A program made the translations under genes and the position numbers. This document shows positions 19,917 to 28,258 of a stretch of DNA of 56,613 nt, one piece after another (the stretch's first letter is position 1; every line of letters begins with the position of its first letter). The DNA is taken from positions 1 through 56,613 of the forward strand of contig CAIMEL010000022.1 in the NCBI GenBank assembly GCA_903840015.1, read 5' to 3'. Source of the stretch: an uncultured bacterium (GTDB taxonomy: Bacteria; Patescibacteriota; Dojkabacteria; SC72). Under the pieces are notes generated by a model. That model was given only the letters and a program-made list of their open reading frames with translations, did no database searches and was not told the origin of the DNA.

Positions 19917-20972
19917 TTAAACTAACTCATCCCAAGACTTCTGGACCCTATCCAACAGTTCGATATGATCAAGCATCAAGGAAGTTCCTCTCGCAACTGT
20001 AGACATAGGATCTTCAACAACTTTAACTGGGAGATTCAATTCAGCAGAAAGGTAAGAATCAAGACCACGAATCAAAGCTCCACCACCAGTTAAACAAACC
20101 CCAGTCATCAAGATATCCTTAAGAAGTTCTGGTGGTGTATCCTCAATGGTATCCTTGATCGATTCTGTTATTATCGAAATAGTGCTAGCCATAGCTTCTC
20201 GAACCTCTATACTACTTAGCTCAACTGTTTTTGGTAACCCAGTTAACAAATCTCTACCTTGAATCCCAGATTTCTTCTCTTTCTTTAGAGGCATTGCAGA
20301 ACCCATTGTTATTTTAATATCCTCAGCTGTTCTCTCTCCTATGAGGATATTATATTTGCCTCTAATGTAGCTAATTATATCCTCATCCATCTCATCACCA
20401 GCAATTCGAACAGTACCATCTACAACTATATCGCCAAGAGAAAATACGGCAATATCGGTAGTACCACCTCCAATATCTACAATCATACTACCAGAAGCTT
20501 CCTCAATCCTCAGTCCTGCCCCGATAGCTGCAGCCATAGCTTCTTCAACAACAAAAACCTCCCTTGCACCTGCTGTCTTAGCAGCATCAATCACGGCCTG
20601 TCTCTCAACTTCTGTAACCGAAGAAGGCACGCCTATAATTACTCTAGGTCTAGGGATCTTAAATGTCTTACCAAAATATCCATGGGCTCTATGAATGAAA
20701 TGATGAATCATTGCCTGAGTCGTATCAAAATCGGAGATAACACCATCCTTCAAAGGTCTAACAGCAATAATATTCGCAGGAGTCCTACCTATCATCTGTC
20801 TTGCTTCCTTACCTACTGCCAATACAGTTTTACTCTTTTTCTCAATAGCTACAACAGATGGCTCCGAAACAACAATACCGTGATTACGCATAAAAACCAT
20901 AGTATTGGCTGTTCCTAAATCTATTCCTAAATCGTATGTAAATAAACCCCAAAGGGAATCAAATATGCCCAT
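19917..20972 (-). CDS. mreB: Rod shape-determining protein MreB
   Basis: GIDLGTANT, EPSVVA, DIGGGTT, LTGGGA and an N-terminal amphipathic helix. Confidence 0.96.
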   Translation of the reverse strand: MGIFDSLWGLFTYDLGIDLGTANTMVFMRNHGIVVSEPSVVAIEKKSKTVLAVGKEARQMIGRTPANIIAVRPLKDGVISDFDTTQAMIHHFIHRAHGYFGKTFKIPRPRVIIGVPSSVTEVERQAVIDAAKTAGAREVFVVEEAMAAAIGAGLRIEEASGSMIVDIGGGTTDIAVFSLGDIVVDGTVRIAGDEMDEDIISYIRGKYNILIGERTAEDIKITMGSAMPLKKEKKSGIQGRDLLTGLPKTVELSSIEVREAMASTISIITESIKDTIEDTPPELLKDILMTGVCLTGGGALIRGLDSYLSAELNLPVKVVEDPMSTVARGTSLMLDHIELLDRVQKSWDELV

Positions 20973-21069
20973 AACAGTATCTCAAATTATTGATGAATTG
21001 TATCACTTTAAAAAAAAGAACACGAGCTTATGTGTTCTTAAATTACACACTCCGAGTATTAAATTACCC

Positions 21070-21279
21070 CTATTCCTCTTTTCGAAGCTTCTTATAGCAT
21101 TTCATACAGGAAGAAACACGAACAGTAGCTCCATCTAATTCTAAATCTATATTCTTTAGATTTGGTTTGAATTTTCTTTTTGACTTTGGTGCTTTGTACC
21201 TCCAACCCACAGAGTGCTTGTGTTGGATTCTGTTACCAGCTACCGTAGATTTTCCACAAATTTCGCATATTTTTGACAT
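21070..21279 (-). CDS. rpmB: 50S ribosomal protein bL28
   Basis: MSKICEICGK..GN, KRKFKPNL, C..C motifs. Confidence 0.93.
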   Translation of the reverse strand: MSKICEICGKSTVAGNRIQHKHSVGWRYKAPKSKRKFKPNLKNIDLELDGATVRVSSCMKCYKKLRKEE

Positions 21280-21354
21280 AACGAGGGTATTATATATAAC
21301 TTATTAAGATACGTCAAACATTCCCAACTTAAAACAAATTGGTATAATACTAAG

Positions 21355-21981
21355 ATGTTTGAGATATCATCAGAAACAATATATTGGATACTCTTTGCAA
21401 TACCATCTATTCTCATTGCTTCTACTATTCACGAATACTCACACGGATTTGCAGCTTACAAGTTAGGTGACCCAACAGCAAAAGCTGCAGGAAGGCTTAC
21501 ATTAAATCCTTTAACCCATATTGATCCCATCGGAGCAATATGTATGATCCTTTTTCGCTTTGGATGGAGCAAACCCGTTCCAATAAATGAATATAATTTT
21601 CAAAATAGAGAGGTAGGAACTGCCATTACAGCATTTGCCGGACCACTTTCAAATATTATCATGGCTTCGTTAACTGGACTCTTAAATTTCCTGTTGAATA
21701 TAGATCCTACAAGTATATTAGGAACATTTCTCTTCACATTTGCCCTCATTAATGTTGTTCTTGCAGCATTCAATCTTTTACCAATACCACCTTTGGATGG
21801 GCATAAAATAGTTAGAGCTTTTTTACCAAGGACATTGAGATATTACTGGGAAAAACTAGAGAAATTTTCTATTGTTCTAATAATAATTCTCATACTACCA
21901 ATTTTACCAACTGGTTCCATTGCTTCCTTTCTAATCTCCTCTATTATTCCAAAAGCGCTTGCCTTACTAGGTTTTATATAG
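21355..21981 (+). CDS. Site-2 protease family protein (M50)
   Basis: HEYSH, GDPTA, AGPLSN and FNLLPIPPLDG motifs. Confidence 0.9.
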   Translation: MFEISSETIYWILFAIPSILIASTIHEYSHGFAAYKLGDPTAKAAGRLTLNPLTHIDPIGAICMILFRFGWSKPVPINEYNFQNREVGTAITAFAGPLSNIIMASLTGLLNFLLNIDPTSILGTFLFTFALINVVLAAFNLLPIPPLDGHKIVRAFLPRTLRYYWEKLEKFSIVLIIILILPILPTGSIASFLISSIIPKALALLGFI

Positions 21982-22040
21982 AATAGTCATTATAGGTCAG
22001 AATATATTTGTATTGCCCTACCCTGCATAGTAAAATATAG

Positions 22041-22180
22041 TGCTCTAGTGGGAGAAAAGGTGGTTTCATAGCTCCATACTAAAGAGCTCGGGATCCCACA
22101 AATCGCTTAACCTCGTGGGGTTAAGTTGAGGGAACCCACTTAATTGTCTGAGCTCTATGATTCCGCTTCCTGCTAGAGCA
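22041..22180 (+). ncRNA. Putative structured ncRNA, 6S RNA-like rod
   Basis: Closing stem TGCTCTAGTGGGAG/CTTCCTGCTAGAGCA, internal AGAGCTCGG/CTGAGCTCT stem, terminal CTTAACCTC-GTG-GGGTTAAG hairpin; TTGTAT-17-TAAAAT promoter at 22008-22036 immediately upstream. Confidence 0.55.
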
Positions 22181-22233
22181 TTTCCTCTTTTGTATTGATT
22201 ATCTTCTTTAAATATAATAAACTTCTCTAAGTT

Positions 22234-22310
22234 GCCGAAGTAGCTCAGTTGGTCAGAGCAACTGTTTTGTAAACAGTAGGTCGAGAGTTCGAATCTCTCC
22301 TTCGGCTCCA
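22234..22310 (+). tRNA. tRNA-Thr(UGU)
   Basis: Cloverleaf with anticodon arm ACTGT-TTTGTAA-ACAGT, TTCGAAT T-loop and encoded CCA. Confidence 0.95.
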
Positions 22311-22315
22311 GTTGT

Positions 22316-22398
22316 GCAGAGGTGGCGGAGTGGTCAAACGCATTGGACTGTAAATCCAACTCCTTCGGGATACACAGGTTCAAATCCTGTCCTCTGCA
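22316..22398 (+). tRNA. tRNA-Tyr(GUA)
   Basis: Anticodon arm TTGGA-CTGTAAA-TCCAA, long variable arm, GCAGAGG/CCTCTGC acceptor stem; CCA not encoded. Confidence 0.95.
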
Positions 22399-22424
22399 TA
22401 TATCTAAATTTACTCATAATCATC

Positions 22425-23144
22425 ATGAGTGAAGCTTTCGGCGTGGTGTTCTTCGTTCTCTCTGCACTACTTAGCCTTTTAGGCGTAGTCGGTGTTGTTT
22501 ACTTCATCTTTTTCCTAGTTAGAAATAAGGATAAAGATATAAAAATAACAACAGATACCCTACTGAAAGTATATCTGTACCTCATCACCTTCGTCACTCT
22601 ATTTGTTGCAGTTGGTGGTGCTACAGTATTCTTGAATTCAGCCTTCTCATACAAATTTGGGATACCATTTTCATTCAAATTAGAAAAAACCAATCAGTAT
22701 TACGACAAGTCTCTTAGTGAACCATCTAAACCAGATTACATGGGCCCTGAGTGCTATATGGGCAATCCAACAGTAATCGAAGACCAAACTGTATGTTTCG
22801 ACAAAGAGGCACAGAAGCAGGGGTTAATTAATGGCTTGACAATTTCCATATCAATGATCCTTCTCTTTGTAATGCACAGAGTTGGAATCTTTTTTGCAGA
22901 AAAGAAAAAGATTATGTATTGGTTAAAGAAAACTTACACCTTTACATCTCTCATTGTATTTAGTGTTGTTGGAGTAGTAACAATTCCAATCGCAGCATAT
23001 CAACTAGCTACATTCCTATTCTCTAGACCTGAGGACATCACTATGATTAATCCTCCAGGGATAGCTGTTGCAACTGTAATATTTGTACTTCCCCTTTGGA
23101 TATATTTCTTGATAAGTACAATAAAACTCAAGGAAGAAAACTAA
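22425..23144 (+). CDS. Multi-pass membrane protein of unknown function (DUF5671-like)
   Basis: Start moved to ATG 22425 because the ORF-track start overlaps tRNA-Tyr. About five TM helices with two similar Y.Y/F...F..L segments. Confidence 0.6.
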   Translation: MSEAFGVVFFVLSALLSLLGVVGVVYFIFFLVRNKDKDIKITTDTLLKVYLYLITFVTLFVAVGGATVFLNSAFSYKFGIPFSFKLEKTNQYYDKSLSEPSKPDYMGPECYMGNPTVIEDQTVCFDKEAQKQGLINGLTISISMILLFVMHRVGIFFAEKKKIMYWLKKTYTFTSLIVFSVVGVVTIPIAAYQLATFLFSRPEDITMINPPGIAVATVIFVLPLWIYFLISTIKLKEEN

Positions 23145-23172
23145 ATACAAATATAGTATAATCAATCTCAAC

Positions 23173-23249
23173 GCTGGATTAGCTCAGTTGGTTAGAGCAC
23201 ATTCATGGTAAGAATGAGGTCCTGAGTTCGACTCTCAGATCCAGCTCCA
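23173..23249 (+). tRNA. tRNA-Thr(GGU)
   Basis: Anticodon arm CATTC-ATGGTAA-GAATG, TTCGACT T-loop, CCA end. Confidence 0.95.
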
Positions 23250-23251
23250 GA

Positions 23252-24484
23252 TTAGACAGAATTCATTTCTCTCACTACCAAATCCCTGTAATAATAACCA
23301 CTTTTCTTCACCATCCTCTCTTTACTCTTAGAATCTATCTTGACTAAACCAAACTTTGGCCAAAAGCCACTATCCCATTCAAAATTATCAAGTAGAGACC
23401 AATGCATATACCCTCGCAAATCAACACCTTCCCTATTCAGTCTCCTCAGTGCCTTAAATGTTTCATCTAGCCACCACTCCCTGTGAATATCTTTTTCGTC
23501 GGCTAATCCATTTTCGGTAATAACGATTGACAATCTATATCTGTCATATATATCTCGAAGCAATTCGTAAATTTTACTTGGGTTCATATACCAACCCATA
23601 TCCGAAAATTGTCCTTTCTCTTTTTTCATAAAAAGGGTTTTAGGATCTATGTACATATAATAATTTATACCTAAAAAATCGACATGATTCTTTACCCTAT
23701 CAAGATATGACAGAACAAGGTATTTACGTAAAAACCATAATAGCGGTTTCAGCAAAATACAATCTGTAGAAAAATAGTAACAATTCTTAGCGATAGAGAC
23801 ACAAGCTTCAGGATTACTCTTTTTAATAATCTCATAAGCCCTCTTATGGGCCTCCACAAAGGTATGTAGATACAATTTGTTAAAACTAAATGGATTAAAA
23901 TGCTGTGGTGGCCACTTCCCAATCAAGTGAGATACAGCAAAGGACTCAGGTTCGTTAATAGTTATCCAGTATTTTACATCTTCACCAAGTCTTGCAACCA
24001 GAAATTCAACATACTCCAAATACTTCTCGACAAAGCACTTTGACAAAACTCCTCCTTGAGCCTCCAACCATGTCGGTACTGTCCAATGCCAAGTTGTCAG
24101 TAGTGGCTCTATATTGTTCCTTCTTAACTCTTTTATCAATTTAACATAGTAGGATATCCCTTCTTCGCGGAAAACCCCCTCTTCAGGTTCTACCCTTGCC
24201 CACTCTACAGAGAATCTGTATGCATTTAAGTTCATCTCCTTTAAACTCTCAACATCCTCCTTCCAATGGTTAAAACTGTCACATGAGAATAAAGAATTAG
24301 AGAGGAAATTCTCCTCTGATAAACCAGCCCTCTTACTCCTCTTTAACAACTTCTTAGCATTCTTCTCTTCCCACTCGGTCCAGTTATTTTTCAATCCACC
24401 TTCAATCTGATGACTCGAAGAAGCCGCCCCCCAAAAAAACTCTCTCGAGAAAGATTTTCTTTCCTTGCTTTGGATACTATTCAT
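23252..24484 (-). CDS. Glycoside hydrolase family 1 (beta-glucosidase-like)
   Basis: FFWGAASSSHQIEG, YRFSVEWARV, TINEP (acid/base), ITENG (nucleophile), WSLLDNFEW. Start set at ATG 24484 because ATG 24493 overlaps a TATAAT box. Confidence 0.93.
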   Translation of the reverse strand: MNSIQSKERKSFSREFFWGAASSSHQIEGGLKNNWTEWEEKNAKKLLKRSKRAGLSEENFLSNSLFSCDSFNHWKEDVESLKEMNLNAYRFSVEWARVEPEEGVFREEGISYYVKLIKELRRNNIEPLLTTWHWTVPTWLEAQGGVLSKCFVEKYLEYVEFLVARLGEDVKYWITINEPESFAVSHLIGKWPPQHFNPFSFNKLYLHTFVEAHKRAYEIIKKSNPEACVSIAKNCYYFSTDCILLKPLLWFLRKYLVLSYLDRVKNHVDFLGINYYMYIDPKTLFMKKEKGQFSDMGWYMNPSKIYELLRDIYDRYRLSIVITENGLADEKDIHREWWLDETFKALRRLNREGVDLRGYMHWSLLDNFEWDSGFWPKFGLVKIDSKSKERMVKKSGYYYRDLVVREMNSV

Positions 24485-24589
24485 AGCTCCCATTATACAT
24501 TTAAAAATGGATATTTAAATGTCGCCGTTTTACACTTCCCAAATATTCATATATAATCACCATTTCTAATAAATTATGTATTAAAACAA

Positions 24590-25009
24590 ATGAGAGACGA
24601 TATATTCACACCATTCAATTGCAAACCTACCCCTATGGAAATGGATCCTGATTCTCTTGCTGTAATTGCAGAGGAATTAAACGGATTCCTTGAAGAGAAT
24701 GACGTACCGGAGATGTTAGAGATGAGCGACTATGTACAAGCAACCTACGAAGCAGATAAATTCAGAGGACCACTCTTCAACATTACAAACATGGTAACAG
24801 AAGATGATGTTTTCCAAGTTATTCATTTAGGAAAAGCTATCAAACATGCTTTTCTACGAAGAAACTCAGATGGCAGTGTCGACTTCTTAGAGCACAACTT
24901 TGACAAAGGCTACAGAAATGCACTCCCGGACTGGTTTAGAGGTATATACAAAGGTATCCAGGTTGCAAAAGAGAGAGACTCTCTCAAATGGAAAGCTTCT
25001 TCAAAATAA
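24590..25009 (+). CDS. Hypothetical protein
   Basis: 139-aa ORF with natural composition, preceded by a TTTACA-17-TATAAT promoter; no recognised family. Confidence 0.6.
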   Translation: MRDDIFTPFNCKPTPMEMDPDSLAVIAEELNGFLEENDVPEMLEMSDYVQATYEADKFRGPLFNITNMVTEDDVFQVIHLGKAIKHAFLRRNSDGSVDFLEHNFDKGYRNALPDWFRGIYKGIQVAKERDSLKWKASSK

Positions 25010-25085
25010 TATTTGACCTAACAAACTATTTCCAATATAATACGAAGTATTTCCCATAATATACTAATTTTGATCCCTGAGGAAA

Positions 25086-25250
25086 ATGGCTAAAGTAAAA
25101 AGAGATATGATGGCTTTCAAGTGCGAGAAGTGTAATGAGAAAAACTACACAGCCTTCAAGACCAAAAATATCAAGGAGAAAATGCAAATTAAAAAGTACT
25201 GTTCAAGATGTCAGGAACATACAGTGCACAAGGAGACAAAGATAAAATAG
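25086..25250 (+). CDS. rpmG: 50S ribosomal protein bL33 (C+ zinc form)
   Basis: Manual translation MAKVKRDMMAFKCEKCNEKNYTAFKTKNIKEKMQIKKYCSRCQEHTVHKETKIK; rpmG-tRNA-Trp-secE-nusG synteny. Confidence 0.93.
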   Translation: MAKVKRDMMAFKCEKCNEKNYTAFKTKNIKEKMQIKKYCSRCQEHTVHKETKIK

Positions 25251-25251
25251 A

Positions 25252-25264
25252 CGCTCTTTACCAA
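25252..25264 (+). promoter_or_regulatory. boxA-like antitermination site upstream of tRNA-Trp
   Basis: CGCTCTTTACCAA, close to the rrn boxA consensus GCTCTTTAACA. Confidence 0.45.
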
Positions 25265-25268
25265 ACCT

Positions 25269-25343
25269 GGGCCCATAGTTTCAATGGTAAAATAGCGGTC
25301 TCCAAAACCGTGGTTCTCCGTTCGAATCGGAGTGGGCCTGCCA
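25269..25343 (+). tRNA. tRNA-Trp(CCA)
   Basis: Anticodon arm GCGGT-CTCCAAA-ACCGT, TTCGAAT T-loop, CCA end. Confidence 0.95.
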
Positions 25344-25353
25344 AAACAGAAAT

Positions 25354-25527
25354 ATGAAAACGATAAAAAATATAATAACAGAACTAAAATCTACAAAGTG
25401 GCCATCTAAATTAGAAATATTGCAGATGACCATATACACCATTATCCTTTGTGCTGTACTTGCAGCCATAATGGTTGGTTTAGATCTAGTACTGTTCAAA
25501 GTAAGAGATTGGTTTCTTAATATTTAA
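25354..25527 (+). CDS. secE: Preprotein translocase subunit SecE
   Basis: Manual translation MKTIKNIITELKSTKWPSKLEILQMTIYTIILCAVLAAIMVGLDLVLF..., with the EL...WP motif and one TM, upstream of nusG. Confidence 0.92.
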   Translation: MKTIKNIITELKSTKWPSKLEILQMTIYTIILCAVLAAIMVGLDLVLFKVRDWFLNI

Positions 25528-25537
25528 AATATAGAAA

Positions 25538-26101
25538 ATGGAAAAAGAAATAAAAAAGAGTAAGAAAAAAGAAAATCCTAATGCCAAGTGGTATGTACTA
25601 AATATCCGAACAGGATATGAGAATAGTATTCAGAAGGAGATAAAACAGAGAGCAGAAGCAACAGGGATGGAAGACAAAATTGTTGAGATTCTTGTACCCG
25701 TACAGAAGAAGATCTTTGTTAAAAAGGGTAAACAGGATATAAAGGAAGAGAAGATTTTTCCTGGCTATGTGTTAATAAAAATGGAATTGGAGAATAAGAC
25801 TTGGGATTTGGTACAAAATACTGAAGGAGTTAGGGGATTTGTAAAAACTGATAGATATCCAAAACCATTAGCAGAATCAGAGGTTAAGGCCATCACCAAA
25901 TTCATGGAAGTTGAACAACCATCATATCAGTCCTCATTTAGTATTGGAGAAGCAGTAAAAATTACTGAAGGTGCATTCGCAGATTTCATAGGTAGCGTAC
26001 AGGAGATTGATACAACTAAGGGTAAGATAAAAGTCCTCATCTCATTCTTAGGAAGAGAAGCTCCTGTTGAGTTAGAGCTATCTCAAGTTACAAAACTTTA
26101 A
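25538..26101 (+). CDS. nusG: Transcription termination/antitermination factor NusG
   Basis: WYV..G.E, FPGYVLI, GVRGFV and a KOW domain (GAFADFIG..FLGREAPVEL). Confidence 0.96.
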   Translation: MEKEIKKSKKKENPNAKWYVLNIRTGYENSIQKEIKQRAEATGMEDKIVEILVPVQKKIFVKKGKQDIKEEKIFPGYVLIKMELENKTWDLVQNTEGVRGFVKTDRYPKPLAESEVKAITKFMEVEQPSYQSSFSIGEAVKITEGAFADFIGSVQEIDTTKGKIKVLISFLGREAPVELELSQVTKL

Positions 26102-26118
26102 TTGATATATAAATAGCA

Positions 26119-26544
26119 ATGGCAAAACCGATAAAAAAAGTTATCAAAATAACTATTCCAGCAGGGATGGCAACTATGGCCCCCCCTATTGGCCCTACAC
26201 TTGCTCCTTACGGAATTAACACACAGGATTTCTGTGCTCAATTCAATGAGAAAACAAGAGAGAACAATGGTATCTTAACTCCAGTCATTTTGACTATCTA
26301 CGATGATAGATCTTTTTCTTTCATTCTAAAAACTCCCCCTACTTCAGAATTGATTAGGAGAGAGTTGAAGATAAGTAAGGGTTCAGACAAACCAAACTTG
26401 AACAAAGTTGGCAAACTTTCTAAAGAGCAATTACAAAGAATCATAGAAGTTAAAATGCCAGATTTAAATACATCGGATCCAAAACAGGCAGCTAAAATAA
26501 TTGCTGGTACTGCAAAACAGATGGGTATCGAGATAGAAGTTTAA
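26119..26544 (+). CDS. rplK: 50S ribosomal protein uL11
   Basis: PAGMAT.APPIGP, FCAQFN, KTPPTS, GTAKQMG. Confidence 0.96.
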   Translation: MAKPIKKVIKITIPAGMATMAPPIGPTLAPYGINTQDFCAQFNEKTRENNGILTPVILTIYDDRSFSFILKTPPTSELIRRELKISKGSDKPNLNKVGKLSKEQLQRIIEVKMPDLNTSDPKQAAKIIAGTAKQMGIEIEV

Positions 26545-26561
26545 TTGATAGAAAAACAAAC

Positions 26562-27251
26562 ATGAAAAGAGGAAAAAAACATATAAAAGTAACCAAAGAC
26601 CTAGACAGATCAAAGACATACTCTTTGGTAGATGGAATAAAAAAAGTTAAAACACTTTCTTACAGCAAATTTGTTGGGACATTAGAAATACATGTAGATA
26701 TTAAGTTACCTAAAGATAAAGATCCTAAATCTCTCAAAGGTGCAGTATCTTTACCCCACTCTAGTACGGCGAAAGACATTAAGATTGCAGTCTTTACTAC
26801 ACCAGACAGAGACGAAGAAGCTACAAATGCAGGTGCTGATTTAGTAGGTATGGATAAACTTGTCAAAGATGTTAAGGCTGGCAAGATCGAGTTTGATATT
26901 GCAATAGCATCACCATCAGTCATGCCTAAAATAGCTATAATTGGAAAAGAGTTAGGTCCAAAAGGATTAATGCCAAACCCAAAGAATGGTACAGTTACAG
27001 ATGATATTGTTAAGGCAATACAGGAATACAAGAAGGGCAAACAAACATTCGCATGCGACGCATCAGGTGTTGTACATATGAATGTTGGGAAATTGGACCT
27101 TGAGACAGAGAAATTAATAGAAAATATAGAAACTGCAATTGCTTCAATTTCCGATGTGGTTGGAAAACCAACTGAGCAAATGATACAGCGTATGCACCTT
27201 GCCCCTACTATGGGACCAAGTGTGAAAATCGCATATTCAAAACAAGTCTAA
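26562..27251 (+). CDS. rplA: 50S ribosomal protein uL1
   Basis: LPH, LGPKGLMPNPKNGTVT, TMGP motifs. Confidence 0.96.
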   Translation: MKRGKKHIKVTKDLDRSKTYSLVDGIKKVKTLSYSKFVGTLEIHVDIKLPKDKDPKSLKGAVSLPHSSTAKDIKIAVFTTPDRDEEATNAGADLVGMDKLVKDVKAGKIEFDIAIASPSVMPKIAIIGKELGPKGLMPNPKNGTVTDDIVKAIQEYKKGKQTFACDASGVVHMNVGKLDLETEKLIENIETAIASISDVVGKPTEQMIQRMHLAPTMGPSVKIAYSKQV

Positions 27252-27278
27252 CCCATAGGCTATCTTATGTGAATTTAG

Positions 27279-27305
27279 AAGACCTCCTTCGGAGGTCTTT
27301 TTCTT
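27279..27305 (+). terminator. Intrinsic terminator after rplA
   Basis: AAGACCTCC-TTC-GGAGGTCTT hairpin followed by a T-run. Confidence 0.85.
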
Positions 27306-27308
27306 TAG

Positions 27309-27337
27309 TTTACAAAAAACACAACATCCTATAGAAT
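27309..27337 (+). promoter_or_regulatory. Promoter of cassette 1
   Basis: TTTACA-17 nt-TAGAAT. Confidence 0.7.
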
Positions 27338-27383
27338 ATGGTTTGTCTTTGCTCTTTAGGGAAACAGATCACGGGAGAATTAC

Positions 27384-27728
27384 ATGGCACAGGAAATAGT
27401 AGTAAACGGTCAGACGTACACCATTTTAAAAGAGTATGGAGATGCACATCTCGCACAGCTAGGAGATGACCATTTCTTACTCATTCCACGATTAAAGGAG
27501 GTATTAAAAATCAGGAAGTGCGAAGAGATTCGCGTTACTCTCCGGAACTGCAAAACACTTCTTCTCAACGAGCTATCGTTCGTTAGAAAATCCCCAAGAG
27601 ATTTTCAAAGCTCACGAGAGAATCAAGGCAGAGAGAGCAATATCTTCGTAAAAGTTGGAAAGAAATCCATGATTATTATCTTCGACAAAGAAATGGTCTT
27701 GGATCGAATCTGCGTTCCACAGTTCTAG
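27384..27728 (+). CDS. Hypothetical protein (cassette 1)
   Basis: 114-aa ORF with GGGAG SD and its own promoter; the N-terminal part aligns by eye with the cassette 2 ORF. Confidence 0.65.
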   Translation: MAQEIVVNGQTYTILKEYGDAHLAQLGDDHFLLIPRLKEVLKIRKCEEIRVTLRNCKTLLLNELSFVRKSPRDFQSSRENQGRESNIFVKVGKKSMIIIFDKEMVLDRICVPQF

Positions 27729-27754
27729 AAATCAAACCCTAAAGACAAGACAAA

Positions 27755-27826
27755 GTGAGTCTGGTAGAAGAATGCTGATTAGCAATATAGAAGTATTTCA
27801 GCTTCATCCATTTCTACCAGACTCAC
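27755..27826. repeat. Long imperfect hairpin, copy 1
   Basis: GTGAGTCTGGTAGAA/TTCTACCAGACTCAC 15-bp perfect arms with inner GAA(T)GCTGA/TCAGCTTC stem. Confidence 0.85.
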
Positions 27827-27834
27827 CACAACCC

Positions 27835-27863
27835 TTTACAAATCCCAGTATAAAGCGTAAAAT
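27835..27863 (+). promoter_or_regulatory. Promoter of cassette 2
   Basis: TTTACA-17 nt-TAAAAT. Confidence 0.7.
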
Positions 27864-27910
27864 CACATTCCAAGCTCTTACCAATACACAGAAAAGGAGA
27901 TAACTACAGA

Positions 27911-28069
27911 ATGGTCAAGATATACACAGTATGCGGCAAGGAACGGTTTTCCTGGAATGGGAAGATATTCTTCCTCCTCTTCCACCGAAACGGTATATAC
28001 ATCGGGAAACACCAATCCAAAATCTACGTTTTCGTTGAGAAAACCGAGGAATTGATACAGATCGAATAA
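27911..28069 (+). CDS. Small hypothetical protein, 52 aa (cassette 2)
   Basis: AAAAGGAGA SD; MVKIYTVCGKERFSWNGKIFFLLFHRNGIYIGKHQSKIYVFVEKTEELIQIE; below the ORF-track size cutoff. Confidence 0.6.
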   Translation: MVKIYTVCGKERFSWNGKIFFLLFHRNGIYIGKHQSKIYVFVEKTEELIQIE

Positions 28070-28088
28070 CAGTATTGGTAAGCACAAA

Positions 28089-28163
28089 AGAGAGTCTGGT
28101 AAAGAATGCCTCGTGGGCTAAACACTTTCGCCTCATAGGCTTCATACCATTACCAGACTCTCT
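28089..28163. repeat. Long imperfect hairpin, copy 2
   Basis: AGAGAGTCTGGTAA/TTACCAGACTCTCT arms; shares GAGTCTGGTA, AAGAATGC, GCTTCAT and TACCAGACTC with copy 1. Confidence 0.85.
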
Positions 28164-28169
28164 CCTCTC

Positions 28170-28198
28170 TTTACATGGTTTGGGAATAAGGGTAAAAT
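28170..28198 (+). promoter_or_regulatory. Promoter of cassette 3
   Basis: TTTACA-17 nt-TAAAAT. Confidence 0.7.
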
Positions 28199-28258
28199 TA
28201 CTTGGCAACAAGCCTGTTGCTCTTACCAACACCCTAAAAAGAAAAGGAGATTATTATC

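Noticed and set aside
22066-22424. ORF-track ORF 22066-22383 (-) and the N-terminal extension of 22314-23144 (+)
   Set aside because: They overlap tRNA-Thr, tRNA-Tyr and the structured RNA, and are translations of RNA genes.
25281-25499. 72-aa minus-strand ORF
   Set aside because: Antisense to tRNA-Trp and secE.
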